IMG/VR virus record: IMGVR_UViG_3300025934_000015
Span: 32,001-96,000 of that record
DNA from: a virus
Lineage: Duplodnaviria > Caudoviricetes
Reading direction: 5' to 3' (one strand)
DNA: 64,000 nucleotides
Position 1 is the first letter of the stretch; each line of letters starts with the position of its first letter. The notes beneath the pieces are model-generated. The model was not told the origin of the DNA. It made no database searches and was given only the letters and a program-made list of their open reading frames with translations. Positions 35,364 to 44,712 of this stretch are shown here, piece after piece. The translations under genes and the position numbers were made by a program.

Positions 35364-37579
35364 TCAAAAAAGAGGGCGAGAAGTGGATCCTCTATACCAA
35401 AGACGGATCCAAGAAACTCGGCACGCACGATTCCGAAGGCGACGCGAAGAAACAAGAAGCCGCCATCGAAGCCAGTAAGCATCGTGCGGCAGCGGACGCT
35501 GAGCACTTTCGCGCGTTGGTGGCGAATCTCGATGTGACCACCCTGGCGCGGAAGCCGAACAAGGACGAACACCCCTTCACGTACTGCATGCAGGTCGTGG
35601 TTCCGGCCATCGAAGAGAAACAGGGCGCGATGGACAATCCGGAGGCGTTCTGTGGCTGGTGGAAGGGCGAGCACGCATACGAAGCCGCGCAGGCCAAGAC
35701 CCTGGAGGGTAAGGAGTCTCGCACGGTCCATCTGATGGGCGCGACCGGTCAGATTCGCACGGCGACGTTTGAAAACAAGGATTACATGGTGGTCCCGGTC
35801 GTGGCCCTCATGGAGGGCGTGATTCACGCCATCAACGCCGAAACGCCGGAGTACGTGCCGCTGGCGTGTCTCGCGTGCGCGCCGCAGGGATGGGACGGTC
35901 GCCCGGTGGTCCTTGGCCATCCCGTGAGAGACGGTCATCAGATTTCCGCCAATTCACCAGAAGTCCTCGAATCGCAGTCCTTTGGTCGAATCTTCGGTGC
36001 GCGCCTCGACGGCAAGAAGTTGATGCTGGAGGCGTGGATCGATCCGGTCAAGGCGGAGCGCATCGGCGCGCAGGAGATTGTCACCAAGCTGCGCGAAAAC
36101 AAGATGTGCGAAGTGTCCGTCGGAGCCTTCGTGGTGACGGACAAAACCGCAGGCATGTATGGCGACAAGCCCTACAAAGCAGTCTGGCGGGACATCGTGC
36201 CGGACCACTTGGCCTTTCTCCCCAAGGGCATTGGTGCGTGCAGCAACGAAATGGGCTGCGGATCCCCGCGGACGGCCATGGCCCATCTGATTACCGCCGA
36301 GGGCTTCGAGACCTTGGCGTTTCCCTTCCAGAAAAAGGAGGACACCGCGGACACCGATTGGGCCGCGAAAGCCGATGCCGCTGAAGCGGCCGCGACGAAA
36401 GCGGAGAAGGCGGGAGATACCACCGAAGCGGCTAAGCAACAGAAGTTGGCCAAGGAGTATCGAACGAAGGCCAAGGCCATGAAGGCTGCACAGTACGGCG
36501 ATACGCCAAATGAAGCAGCCTCCGAGGAGAAGGCGGAGCTGATTGCCTACCAGACCATGCGCACGCTGTGCGACCAGATTGGCGAGTCGTACGATGCCAT
36601 TTCCGAAATCGTCGACGAGCTGATTGCCGACGAAGCCGACAACCCAACGCAGACTCCCGCCGAGGAGGCTGCGGAAACCGAAGTGGAGACCGCTCGGCTG
36701 GAGTCGCTACAAGTGCTGTGCATGTCCCAGTACAGCACGCTCAACGCCCTCATGAGTCTCACCACGGATTGTCTGCGGCCGGAACCGGCACCAGACGTGG
36801 CTCCGCGGTACATGGCGGGAGCACGCCACTCCGCCACCGATCGACAAATCATCCAGCGCGTTCACGACCACGCGGTGTCGTTGGGCGCAGAGTGTAGCGG
36901 CATGGAGGCCCGAGCCGCTGAAACACCGCGTGCCGATTCATCCACGCAACAGCCGGTCCCCGTACCGGCGGAGGTACGAGACATGGCTTGCACATGCGGA
37001 AAAACCACAAAAGGAGAGGCGATGAACAAGGAGCAGCGTACGGAACTCATCAAGACGCTATGCGCCGACAAGCATAGTGGGTTCACCGAAGCCGATTCCA
37101 AGATGTTGGAAGCGGCTCCCGACGAACGACTCGAATCCTTCCGTGTCGCTGCTGCGGCGCGGGCCAAGGAGGTCGAGGAGAAGACCAAGCCCGCGACCGA
37201 ACCGGCACCGAAAGTCGCGGAATCGAAGCCCCTCACCGAGGACGACTTCATGAAGGTCGCCCCGGATTCGCTCAAGTCGCTCATCGCCCGCGCGCAGGCG
37301 CAGGATGCCGCCCACAAGACCACGCTCGTCGCGGACCTCAAGACCGCGCAGAGCGAGTACTCGGAATCGGAACTCGCGGCTATGTCCATCGACGCCCTGG
37401 AGCGTCTGAGCCGCGCGATCGGCCGTCAGGTCGAGCAGCCGACGTCGTACGCCGGGCGTGGTGTGCCGCGCGCCGCTGCCGCGCCGGAGAAGGACGTGTA
37501 CACGAATCCGCCGAACCCCTACGAAGAGGGGCTGAAGAAGCTGCGCGCCTCCAGCGGGTTCGCGGAACAGACCGCGTAA
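35360..37579 (+). CDS. DUF2213-like prohead protease/scaffold
   Basis: PVV..MEGV, PVVLGHP, EVSVG, PDHLAFLP..IGACS...GCG; acidic helical scaffold C-terminus; upstream of decoration and capsid genes. Confidence 0.85.
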   Translation: MIKKEGEKWILYTKDGSKKLGTHDSEGDAKKQEAAIEASKHRAAADAEHFRALVANLDVTTLARKPNKDEHPFTYCMQVVVPAIEEKQGAMDNPEAFCGWWKGEHAYEAAQAKTLEGKESRTVHLMGATGQIRTATFENKDYMVVPVVALMEGVIHAINAETPEYVPLACLACAPQGWDGRPVVLGHPVRDGHQISANSPEVLESQSFGRIFGARLDGKKLMLEAWIDPVKAERIGAQEIVTKLRENKMCEVSVGAFVVTDKTAGMYGDKPYKAVWRDIVPDHLAFLPKGIGACSNEMGCGSPRTAMAHLITAEGFETLAFPFQKKEDTADTDWAAKADAAEAAATKAEKAGDTTEAAKQQKLAKEYRTKAKAMKAAQYGDTPNEAASEEKAELIAYQTMRTLCDQIGESYDAISEIVDELIADEADNPTQTPAEEAAETEVETARLESLQVLCMSQYSTLNALMSLTTDCLRPEPAPDVAPRYMAGARHSATDRQIIQRVHDHAVSLGAECSGMEARAAETPRADSSTQQPVPVPAEVRDMACTCGKTTKGEAMNKEQRTELIKTLCADKHSGFTEADSKMLEAAPDERLESFRVAAAARAKEVEEKTKPATEPAPKVAESKPLTEDDFMKVAPDSLKSLIARAQAQDAAHKTTLVADLKTAQSEYSESELAAMSIDALERLSRAIGRQVEQPTSYAGRGVPRAAAAPEKDVYTNPPNPYEEGLKKLRASSGFAEQTA

Positions 37580-37622
37580 GTTCACACGAAGTCGTCAACA
37601 TCTCACGAGAGGACACTGACAC

Positions 37623-38060
37623 ATGGCTATTGTGAAGTATCCGCCCAACACCATCTGGCTCGGTGGCGGCATGACGGTCGTCAACGACGTCGCCGCGGGC
37701 GCGGCGTTCAATCCGGGCCATCTCATCGAGCGCTACAACTCGTCGGGCACGCCGCTGTTCCGCAAGCACTCCACCGCAGGCGGCGCGGCAGCGGCGATCT
37801 TCGGCCTGAACCAGTCCATGCTGAACAAAGGCGTGGATGACGCGTACGCAATCGGTGACCTCGTCGAAGCGGGCATCATGGCCAAGGGCGCGCTGGTCTG
37901 GGCGCTCATCGGCGTGCTGACGGTCGTGCAGGGCGACAAGCTGGAGTCAGCGGGCAATGGCACGCTGCGTCTGCTGGCCGCGGGTATTGCCATCGCCATC
38001 GCGGCGGAAGGCAAGGTTGGCGCCTCGGGTGAAACCCGCGTGCGCGTCGAGATCCTCTAA
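37623..38060 (+). CDS. head decoration/cement protein
   Basis: Ala/Gly-rich; PGHLIE, AYAIGD, GDKLESAGNGTL; between scaffold and MCP. Confidence 0.75.
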   Translation: MAIVKYPPNTIWLGGGMTVVNDVAAGAAFNPGHLIERYNSSGTPLFRKHSTAGGAAAAIFGLNQSMLNKGVDDAYAIGDLVEAGIMAKGALVWALIGVLTVVQGDKLESAGNGTLRLLAAGIAIAIAAEGKVGASGETRVRVEIL

Positions 38061-38090
38061 CCTCTCACGCTGCGAAAGGACACATACGTT

Positions 38091-39077
38091 ATGAGGTTTC
38101 AAGTCAACGATCACGATCATCCGCTCCAGACCGCGCTCCTGCGGGCAGCGGAACAGACAGGCGAGCTGTCCATCGCATCGCTTCGGTCACTGTCACCGCT
38201 TTCCGATAAGGCCCAGGTACTCGTCGACCGTGCGGTCGTCAGCGTGGGCCTTCAGCGCCTCGTCGTCGCGGCCGACGTCATGGCGGCAGGCCTGACCTAT
38301 CCGCTCACCGATCCGTTGTCGGTGACACAGCTCGAATGGGAATCCATCTCGAAGACCGGCGGGGCACAGCGCACCATGAACCCGTCGGCGCGTGGTGAAT
38401 TCCAATTGCCCAACCGTTCGATCAATCGGCTGCCGATTTATCTGACGACCGACGACTTCAGCCTTGGCATTCGCACGCTGAAGATGTCGCAGCGCGTCGG
38501 TCAGCCGCTCGACACGACCCTGGTGGAACAGGCGACGCGCCGCGTCAACGAGGCCATCGAGGACGCGATGATCAACGGCTCGGGTCTTGTCGTGGGTGGC
38601 TACGGTGCGCCTGGCATCTTGAACGCGCCGAATGCGAACACGTACGACATCACGGTGAACTGGAACGCGGGCGCGACCGGCGACCAGATCCGAGTGGATA
38701 CTATGGCGATGATCAGCCTGTTGCAGGCCGATCTGAAGTTCGGCCCGTACAACTTGTACGTCGGCACGGCGTATGGCAACGCGCTTACGGCCGACTTCAA
38801 GGCCAATGGCGATAAGTCCATCATTGCCCGCCTGCAGGAAATTCAGGCCGGTGGTCGTGGTCTTCAGATCAAGGTGGCGGACCAGATGCCGACGACGACG
38901 GTCGCGCTGATCCAGATGACCAGCGACACGATCGAAATGGTCGTGGGTCAGCCGCCCACGGTCATTCCATGGACCAGCCTTGACGGGTTCACCCTCTTCT
39001 GGTTGGTCATGGCCATCATGGTCCAGCGCGTGCGCTCGGATTACGACGGCAACTCCGGCATCGTTATCGCCACGTAA
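38091..39077 (+). CDS. major capsid protein (HK97 fold, encapsulin/linocin-related phage family)
   Basis: VDRAVV.V...RL..AAD....GL; LP......F.LGIR.L..S; FGPY.LYV; RSDYDGNSGI; AAGGA RBS. Confidence 0.88.
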   Translation: MRFQVNDHDHPLQTALLRAAEQTGELSIASLRSLSPLSDKAQVLVDRAVVSVGLQRLVVAADVMAAGLTYPLTDPLSVTQLEWESISKTGGAQRTMNPSARGEFQLPNRSINRLPIYLTTDDFSLGIRTLKMSQRVGQPLDTTLVEQATRRVNEAIEDAMINGSGLVVGGYGAPGILNAPNANTYDITVNWNAGATGDQIRVDTMAMISLLQADLKFGPYNLYVGTAYGNALTADFKANGDKSIIARLQEIQAGGRGLQIKVADQMPTTTVALIQMTSDTIEMVVGQPPTVIPWTSLDGFTLFWLVMAIMVQRVRSDYDGNSGIVIAT

Positions 39078-39082
39078 TAGGG

Positions 39083-39126
39083 GACGACGGTCTGACGACC
39101 GTCGCCTTCCGTCACCGTTTCTTTTT
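39083..39126 (+). terminator. hairpin after the MCP, possible leaky terminator
   Basis: CGACGGTC-tgac-GACCGTCG stem; T-rich tract about 10 nt downstream. Confidence 0.4.
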
Positions 39127-39143
39127 CAAAGGGAGTAGCACAC

Positions 39144-39908
39144 ATGGCCGATCAGAATCAGGGCCAGACTCAGGGCAAGCCCGGCGACAAGCCGAAGGCC
39201 ACGTCACCGGAAGATCGTCAGAAGGCGCAGAAGGAAGTCCAGGATCTGCGTCAAAAACTCCAAGAGGCCGAGACGCGTCTGGCCGAAACCGGCGACACGC
39301 GACAGACGACGGCTGAGGAAGACCTGAAAATGTTGCAGGACCGCGCGCAGTCCCAGCAGGTACGCGTGGTCGGCAAGCCGGGCGGACCGTTCACGATCAA
39401 CGGTCAGGGCTTTGGCAATTCGTCCGGGCAGGCTCCGTGGCCGGGTCAGGTGATCATCGCTGGTCGGGCCGTGCCGATCACGTCGTGGCGTGACGGCAGC
39501 ATCAAGGGCACGTTGCCGCCGGATCTGCCCGAGAAGGGCGACGTCGAAGTCACCATCAACTCCGGCGCAGCCACCGGCAAGGAACAGAAGATCAAGGGGC
39601 AGTGGCCTGCGCCACGGCCGGTCCTGAACGCGCAGGGACAGGTCCAGATCAAGCTGGCCAACGGCCAGATTGTGTCGGGCGAACTCGTGCGCGGCGATCT
39701 GTCGGCACAGCCGGGCGCGGCCCCGCCGTATCTGCCGGGCGCGCAGGGCGTCCAGGGCGGCGGACCCGACATGAATCCGCCGCCGGGATCCACGGGCACC
39801 ATGGCCGGACAGACGGTCGGCAGCGCGCCGTCCACGGCCACGGGTGGACCGGCGACGGGCGGTGCCGCAGGCGCGTCGCAGCCTCAGCACAAGACCGAAA
39901 ACAAGTAG
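39144..39908 (+). CDS. Gln/Gly/Pro-rich protein with central IPT/TIG-like domain
   Basis: FTINGQGFG...ITSW.D.SI...P....G.VEVT. Confidence 0.7.
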   Translation: MADQNQGQTQGKPGDKPKATSPEDRQKAQKEVQDLRQKLQEAETRLAETGDTRQTTAEEDLKMLQDRAQSQQVRVVGKPGGPFTINGQGFGNSSGQAPWPGQVIIAGRAVPITSWRDGSIKGTLPPDLPEKGDVEVTINSGAATGKEQKIKGQWPAPRPVLNAQGQVQIKLANGQIVSGELVRGDLSAQPGAAPPYLPGAQGVQGGGPDMNPPPGSTGTMAGQTVGSAPSTATGGPATGGAAGASQPQHKTENK

Positions 39909-39952
39909 ATCCCGCGCATGTACGCGCGTGATGACACGAAGGGAGACGAACC

Positions 39953-40129
39953 ATGAAAGCAGGAGACGATCCCCGGACTGATCAGTCCGGCTCGAAGAAC
40001 GTGCCCGATCCGCCGCCGAACAGCGATCCGGTGAAGGCTCCGGGAGGCGTGACCGAAAGCAATCCGCAGGGCACGCCGCCCGGACCGGGATCGCATCCCG
40101 GCACGCATCCCGGCGGCGACAAGCGGTAG
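39953..40129 (+). CDS. 58-aa Pro/Gly-rich disordered peptide
   Basis: GGGAG RBS; MKAGDDPRTDQ...HPGGDKR; not in the ORF track. Confidence 0.5.
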   Translation: MKAGDDPRTDQSGSKNVPDPPPNSDPVKAPGGVTESNPQGTPPGPGSHPGTHPGGDKR

Positions 40130-40205
40130 GAGAACGACAGCCCCGTGAGGCTACAGACGTTTGAGGGACCGGTCACGGCTCGGTCCCAACCATTTGAGGT
40201 GTGTC

Positions 40206-40940
40206 ATGAGGCGGATGATCGTAATTTTTCTGAGCGTCTGGCTGCTTGCGACAAGTGCACTGGCTCAGACGAGTCTATCGACGACCGCCTGTCCCGGTGC
40301 TGGATGCCTGCCGATTCTCCTCTCTGGAGATACCGGAACCGTCGGCATTCAAATTACCGGCACGTTCGTCGGCACCCTGGAGTTTGAAAAAACCATCGAC
40401 AACACCAACTGGGTGTCGTGGTGGGTGTTGGCCAACGGCACGACCACCCCAGTCGTTAACACGACGACCACCGGATTTTTTGCAGGACCGGCAGCGGACG
40501 CCAAGTCGGTGCGCCTGCGGTTCTCCGCATTCACGTCAGGCTCGGCGGTCATTTCGTTCGATTTGACCAGCGGGATTATCGATGCGCCCACAGGTCCACT
40601 GACCGCCGGGTCGGCCCTGGTGCCAGACTCCAAGGCGACCTTGACGGCGTCGGTCAACGTGAAAGCGACGGCGGGAAATGTCTATGGCGTGTTCGCGCTC
40701 AATGGGGCTGCATCTACCTGTTGGGTGCAGTTTATCAATAGCGCCACGGCAGGCACGTTGGGCACAGGCGTAATTTTCTCGGTGCCGCTTCCGGCCTCCA
40801 CGACGACGCCGGTCTATCTGCCGCCGACCTCCTTTCCGCTGGCGCAGTTTACGACGGGCATTGCCGTCGGCATTGCCACGACGCCCACCGGCTCGGCGGC
40901 GTGCGGTACCGGCGGAAACGTGGTGACGTTTTACAAGTGA
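40206..40940 (+). CDS. beta-sandwich protein with predicted Sec signal peptide
   Basis: GAGGT RBS; MRRM-hydrophobic-ALA|Q; first domain resembles that of 19563-22247. Confidence 0.7.
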   Translation: MRRMIVIFLSVWLLATSALAQTSLSTTACPGAGCLPILLSGDTGTVGIQITGTFVGTLEFEKTIDNTNWVSWWVLANGTTTPVVNTTTTGFFAGPAADAKSVRLRFSAFTSGSAVISFDLTSGIIDAPTGPLTAGSALVPDSKATLTASVNVKATAGNVYGVFALNGAASTCWVQFINSATAGTLGTGVIFSVPLPASTTTPVYLPPTSFPLAQFTTGIAVGIATTPTGSAACGTGGNVVTFYK

Positions 40941-40946
40941 GCCATC

Positions 40947-41522
40947 ATGCCGACACTTGATGCAACCGCGGGCGGCGCAAACGCCAATAGCTACGAGACC
41001 CTGGAGGAAGCGGCCGAGTACTTCGATAACCGCTTGCCCATTGTGCCGCCTTGGGCTCCTACGGGGGATGCGAGTGAACGTCTCCTAATCACTGCGACGC
41101 GGACACTCAATAACATGTTCCGGGGCGGTCGCACGTTAGTGAAGAAGGGTACGGACTCGTATTACATCATCAATCGTAAGTGGAAGGGTCAGCGGGCGAC
41201 CACGACCCAACGGCTGGACTTCCCTCGGATCGGATTGGTAGATGCTGATGGGAACGCCGTACCATCGGACAGCGTGCCGCAGGAAATCAAGGATGCGACA
41301 TCGGAGTTAGCCGGGCAACTCGGAGCGGGCGACCGCACGCTGGATAGTGATGTAGTCGTGCAGGGCATCAAAAGCGTGTCGGCCGGAAGTGTCTCCGTGT
41401 CCTTCAAGGACGATGTGTCCGCGCAAGTGCTGCCGGATGCGGTTGTGAATAACATTCCACCCTGGTGGTACGACGACGAACAGATTGAATTGACCAACAC
41501 CTTCGAGTTTGAGGTGGTGTAA
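40947..41522 (+). CDS. head-tail adaptor
   Basis: ANSY.TLEEA..YF..R, WKG.R....Q.L.FPR, VP.EIK.A..ELA, AGSVSVSF. Confidence 0.8.
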   Translation: MPTLDATAGGANANSYETLEEAAEYFDNRLPIVPPWAPTGDASERLLITATRTLNNMFRGGRTLVKKGTDSYYIINRKWKGQRATTTQRLDFPRIGLVDADGNAVPSDSVPQEIKDATSELAGQLGAGDRTLDSDVVVQGIKSVSAGSVSVSFKDDVSAQVLPDAVVNNIPPWWYDDEQIELTNTFEFEVV

Positions 41523-41905
41523 TGGGACTTGCGAGTGTCATCCGGAACGCTGTTGCCGTGGCCGATAAGGTCACGCAGGACCTCCAGCCGCTGGTGAGAT
41601 TACAGCATGTCCTCTCGTCGAATAGCTCCGGCGACATTACGTGGGGCGACCCTGTGGACATTCATGCCATTGTCGATTGGAAACAGAAGCACCTGCGGAC
41701 GCAGGGTGGCGAGTTGACGGTCAGCCGTGCCAGTGTGCTCTTTCTCGATGTGAACGAGTTGAAGGCCGCGACCAATAACGAAGGCATTGACGACAACGAC
41801 ATTATCACGTTGCCGGATGGGACTACAGGTCCCATCATCGACATGGCCGGATTCATTGACGCCGGAACGGGACGGCCGTTCGCGACCGAGGTCTTCCTTG
41901 GCTGA
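41522..41905 (+). CDS. head closure/stopper protein
   Basis: position after the adaptor; beta-rich; D.ITLPDG. Confidence 0.65.
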   Translation: MGLASVIRNAVAVADKVTQDLQPLVRLQHVLSSNSSGDITWGDPVDIHAIVDWKQKHLRTQGGELTVSRASVLFLDVNELKAATNNEGIDDNDIITLPDGTTGPIIDMAGFIDAGTGRPFATEVFLG

Positions 41906-42308
41906 TTTCGTGCGGCTGCTCGGTGTCCCGGAAATGATCAAGAAAATTCGGGAGATCCAGAAGCAGTTTCCCGATCGTGTGATCAACGCATTGCGCTACG
42001 AAGCCGAGATTGAAGTGACAGAGGCCAAAAAACGCACGCCGGTCTACACCGGCCCTACGGGTCCCGGCAAACCCATCCCTGGTCTCCTGCGGGCATCCGT
42101 GCATCAGGACGGACCCTATCGGGAGGGTTCGCGCATCTATACGCGCATCGTGGCGGGAGGCGCGGCCGGAGCCTACGCCATCCCGCAGCATGAGAATTTA
42201 GAGTACTTCCATGAGGTGGGGCAGGCGAAGTACATCGAGTCCGTCATCATGGAATCGCGGCCGTTCATGGCCGCGCGCTTAGTGGCGCGCCTGCGCGCGA
42301 TGGGGTAA
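41898..42308 (+). CDS. HK97 gp10-like neck/tail completion protein
   Basis: AKKRTPV..G.LRAS, YA..QHE.L...H..GQAKYIE; TTG start inferred. Confidence 0.75.
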   Translation: MADFVRLLGVPEMIKKIREIQKQFPDRVINALRYEAEIEVTEAKKRTPVYTGPTGPGKPIPGLLRASVHQDGPYREGSRIYTRIVAGGAAGAYAIPQHENLEYFHEVGQAKYIESVIMESRPFMAARLVARLRAMG

Positions 42309-42311
42309 CGC

Positions 42312-42716
42312 ATGCCTGGACTGTTGGTCAATCAAGGCGAACGCATTATGCTAGAGGCGCTGGTCAATAAGACCGCGCCGCAAACGCTGGTGCTCCGGCT
42401 GTTCAAAAACAATTGGACGCCGGTGGAAACCGATACCGAAGCCGCCGCAACGGAAGCCACGTTTACCGGTTATGGATCGATTGTCCTGACGGGTGGAACA
42501 TGGGTCACGACCGAAGGCGCACCATCCTCCATCGACTATCCTCAGCAAGCGTTTGCCAGTAGCGCCGCGCAGGCGCCACAGGACGTGTACGGATACTACA
42601 TCACACAGCAGACCAGCGGCAAACTGGTGGCGGCGGAACGGTTCACCGACGGGCCGTACACCATTTCGAATAATGGCGACACCATCAAGGTGACGCCGAA
42701 AATTACACAAGACTAA
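42312..42716 (+). CDS. virion structural protein (related in pattern to 17886-18314)
   Basis: LRLFKNN.TP...EATFTGY...VYGYY...ERF..GP....NGD.I.VTP. Confidence 0.7.
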   Translation: MPGLLVNQGERIMLEALVNKTAPQTLVLRLFKNNWTPVETDTEAAATEATFTGYGSIVLTGGTWVTTEGAPSSIDYPQQAFASSAAQAPQDVYGYYITQQTSGKLVAAERFTDGPYTISNNGDTIKVTPKITQD

Positions 42717-43222
42717 TGGCTGACTTCGTGTATCAAGGCCGTATTGACGCGCACGTCATACTCGTGGGCTACCCGTACGTTCTGGCGGGTGATACCGACC
42801 TGCTGGATAACGTCGTCGCAATTCTCGAGCGCGCGGGCGTCGGCATTGATAATCAAACGATCTTTCGAACCTCGAAGGCCCAGATTCCCACCGGTGCGGG
42901 TCCGTACTTGACGGTCACTGAAACTGGCGGCTCCGGACCAGAAGGGACCCACAATGCGGTGGGACTACCAGCGTACCAGCGGCCGAATGTGTCGATGATT
43001 GTGCGTGGTACTTCGACATCCGCGACACGGAACATGATCAAAAAGGCCTATGCGGCACTCGTCGCGTTTGGACAAAAGTCGCAGGCTATCCAGGGCGTGT
43101 GGTATCGGTCTGTGATACCGCTTCAAGAGCCGTTTGATACCGGCGTCGATGGCAATGGACGATTCACGATGACCGTCAATTTTGCGTTTGTCAAACGGCC
43201 AAACGCAGCGATGAGTCGGTAA
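42716..43222 (+). CDS. tail terminator protein
   Basis: ETGG.G.....Y.RP...IVRG, QEPF..G.D..GR. Confidence 0.75.
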   Translation: MADFVYQGRIDAHVILVGYPYVLAGDTDLLDNVVAILERAGVGIDNQTIFRTSKAQIPTGAGPYLTVTETGGSGPEGTHNAVGLPAYQRPNVSMIVRGTSTSATRNMIKKAYAALVAFGQKSQAIQGVWYRSVIPLQEPFDTGVDGNGRFTMTVNFAFVKRPNAAMSR

Positions 43223-43234
43223 AAGGAGAGACAC

Positions 43235-43870
43235 ATGAGTCAAGCACAGACCTCAACAGGAATCCTCGTCCGGCGTGCGTCGCTGGTTGCGCCGCCAACG
43301 GTCGCGATCACCAGCAACTCCGTCGCCAACCCGACGCATGTGACTACCACTGCGCCACATCTGCTGGCTACAGGGGATCTGGTGACGATTGCAGGCGTCA
43401 CAGGATCAACCCCGACCATCAATGGTCAGCACAAAGTGACCGTCCTCGATGCGACGCATTTCACGATTCCGGTAGCCGTGACGGTCGGCGGCACCGGCGG
43501 CACCGTCCTACAGGACTTCGCGACGATTGCGGAGCTGACTGAGGTCACGCCCGGCGGCAAAACCCGGAACAAGATCGAAACATCCACACACAACGAAGGC
43601 ACCGAGTCGCACGTCCTGGGCATTCTGCGGCAGGCCGATCCAGGGTTCAAGGCGAACCTTGTCGGCACCGATCAGAGTCATCAGGACGTGAACGATGACA
43701 TCGATCTGAACCGGAAGGCGGTCTGGCAGGTTGCGTTTCCGTCAGGGATCACGCGTACAGGTGAGGGCTACGTGCAGACCTTTACCTTTGACGGCGCGCC
43801 CGTGGACGGCAAGCAGGGCGTGACCGTGGCGTGGACCTGGGCCGGTCCGGTCGACGAAGTCTTCGAGTAA
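43235..43870 (+). CDS. major tail tube protein with an inserted beta-domain
   Basis: IAEL..VTPGG.TR..IE...H, LGILR, W.V.FP; insert of NP..VTT..PH.L.TGD.VTI.GV type. Confidence 0.8.
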   Translation: MSQAQTSTGILVRRASLVAPPTVAITSNSVANPTHVTTTAPHLLATGDLVTIAGVTGSTPTINGQHKVTVLDATHFTIPVAVTVGGTGGTVLQDFATIAELTEVTPGGKTRNKIETSTHNEGTESHVLGILRQADPGFKANLVGTDQSHQDVNDDIDLNRKAVWQVAFPSGITRTGEGYVQTFTFDGAPVDGKQGVTVAWTWAGPVDEVFE

Positions 43871-43879
43871 GGAGGAACC

Positions 43880-44296
43880 GTGGACGAATTCCTGTCACTC
43901 GACGCCATTGCAGATGCGAAGGACGTCGATTATGTCGTGGTGGATCTCCCTGAATGGGGTGGATCCCTGCGGTTAGGATCCGTGAGTGGCGAGTCTGTCA
44001 CGCTATTCAGGGAAATGCTGGAGCGCGACCCCAACGCCTCGAACGATGCGGTGTGGAACATGGTTGCGCAATGTCTGGTGGACGGCCAGGGCAATCGACT
44101 GGTGCGCACGGATGAGGATCGTCGTCGTACGATTACCGTCCTCAAGCGCAAGGACGTGCGCGTCACGGACCGGATCATCGATGCCATGTACGAACTCCTC
44201 GGCATCCGGCTCAAAGGAGCGGCACCAAAAAACGTCTCCGGCGAGGAGGCATCCGCTTCCTCGCCCACTCCGTCGCCCGAAACCGTGGGCGTGTAG
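43880..44296 (+). CDS. tail assembly chaperone (gpG-like)
   Basis: V.LPEWGG.LR, CLVD..GNR; ends after the slippery site (PKN). Confidence 0.85.
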   Translation: MDEFLSLDAIADAKDVDYVVVDLPEWGGSLRLGSVSGESVTLFREMLERDPNASNDAVWNMVAQCLVDGQGNRLVRTDEDRRRTITVLKRKDVRVTDRIIDAMYELLGIRLKGAAPKNVSGEEASASSPTPSPETVGV

Positions 44297-44712
44297 ATGT
44301 AGATCCCATGCTTCGCAGTCTGACTGCGAAGCAGTTTCATGAACTGGTCGATTTCGATCAGATGGAGTCGCCGGAATTACGCATGGACCTGCGCTTTGCC
44401 ATCCTCGCGTCATTGGTCGCCATTGCCGGTCATGTGCAATCCGTGGACGGCACCGCGTACTCACCCGCTCACTTCCTGCAACAGCTCCACAATTCCCTGG
44501 AACGTCATGATGAGTTTGTCCGCGGTGAACGAGAGCCACAGCCGGTCGCGACTGGACCCGATATGAAAACGATGACAATGCATCTGCGCAACTGGTTCAG
44601 CGGGGTGAACTCACGCGCACGTGAAGGACAGGGAAAGATCGCTATTTCCAATCTCACGCCCGGGGCCTCCCGGTCTTGGCTCGCCCGGCTACGGGCAAGG
44701 AGTTCGGCATGA
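44227..44712 (+). CDS. gpT-like extension reached by -1 frameshift (gpGT = 43880-44712)
   Basis: A AAA AAC at 44227-44233 in the correct phase; the -1 frame is open and in frame with ORF 44308-44712. Confidence 0.8.
   Translation, partial: KKRLRRGGIRFLAHSVARNRGRVDVDPMLRSLTAKQFHELVDFDQMESPELRMDLRFAILASLVAIAGHVQSVDGTAYSPAHFLQQLHNSLERHDEFVRGEREPQPVATGPDMKTMTMHLRNWFSGVNSRAREGQGKIAISNLTPGASRSWLARLRARSSA

Noticed and set aside
38091-39077. Encapsulin/bacteriocin nanocompartment
   Set aside because: Context (terminase, portal, protease, neck, tail) shows it is the phage major capsid protein.
40947-41522. DnaT-like ssDNA-binding replication protein
   Set aside because: This family is often labelled so, but its position between capsid and stopper genes indicates the head-tail adaptor.
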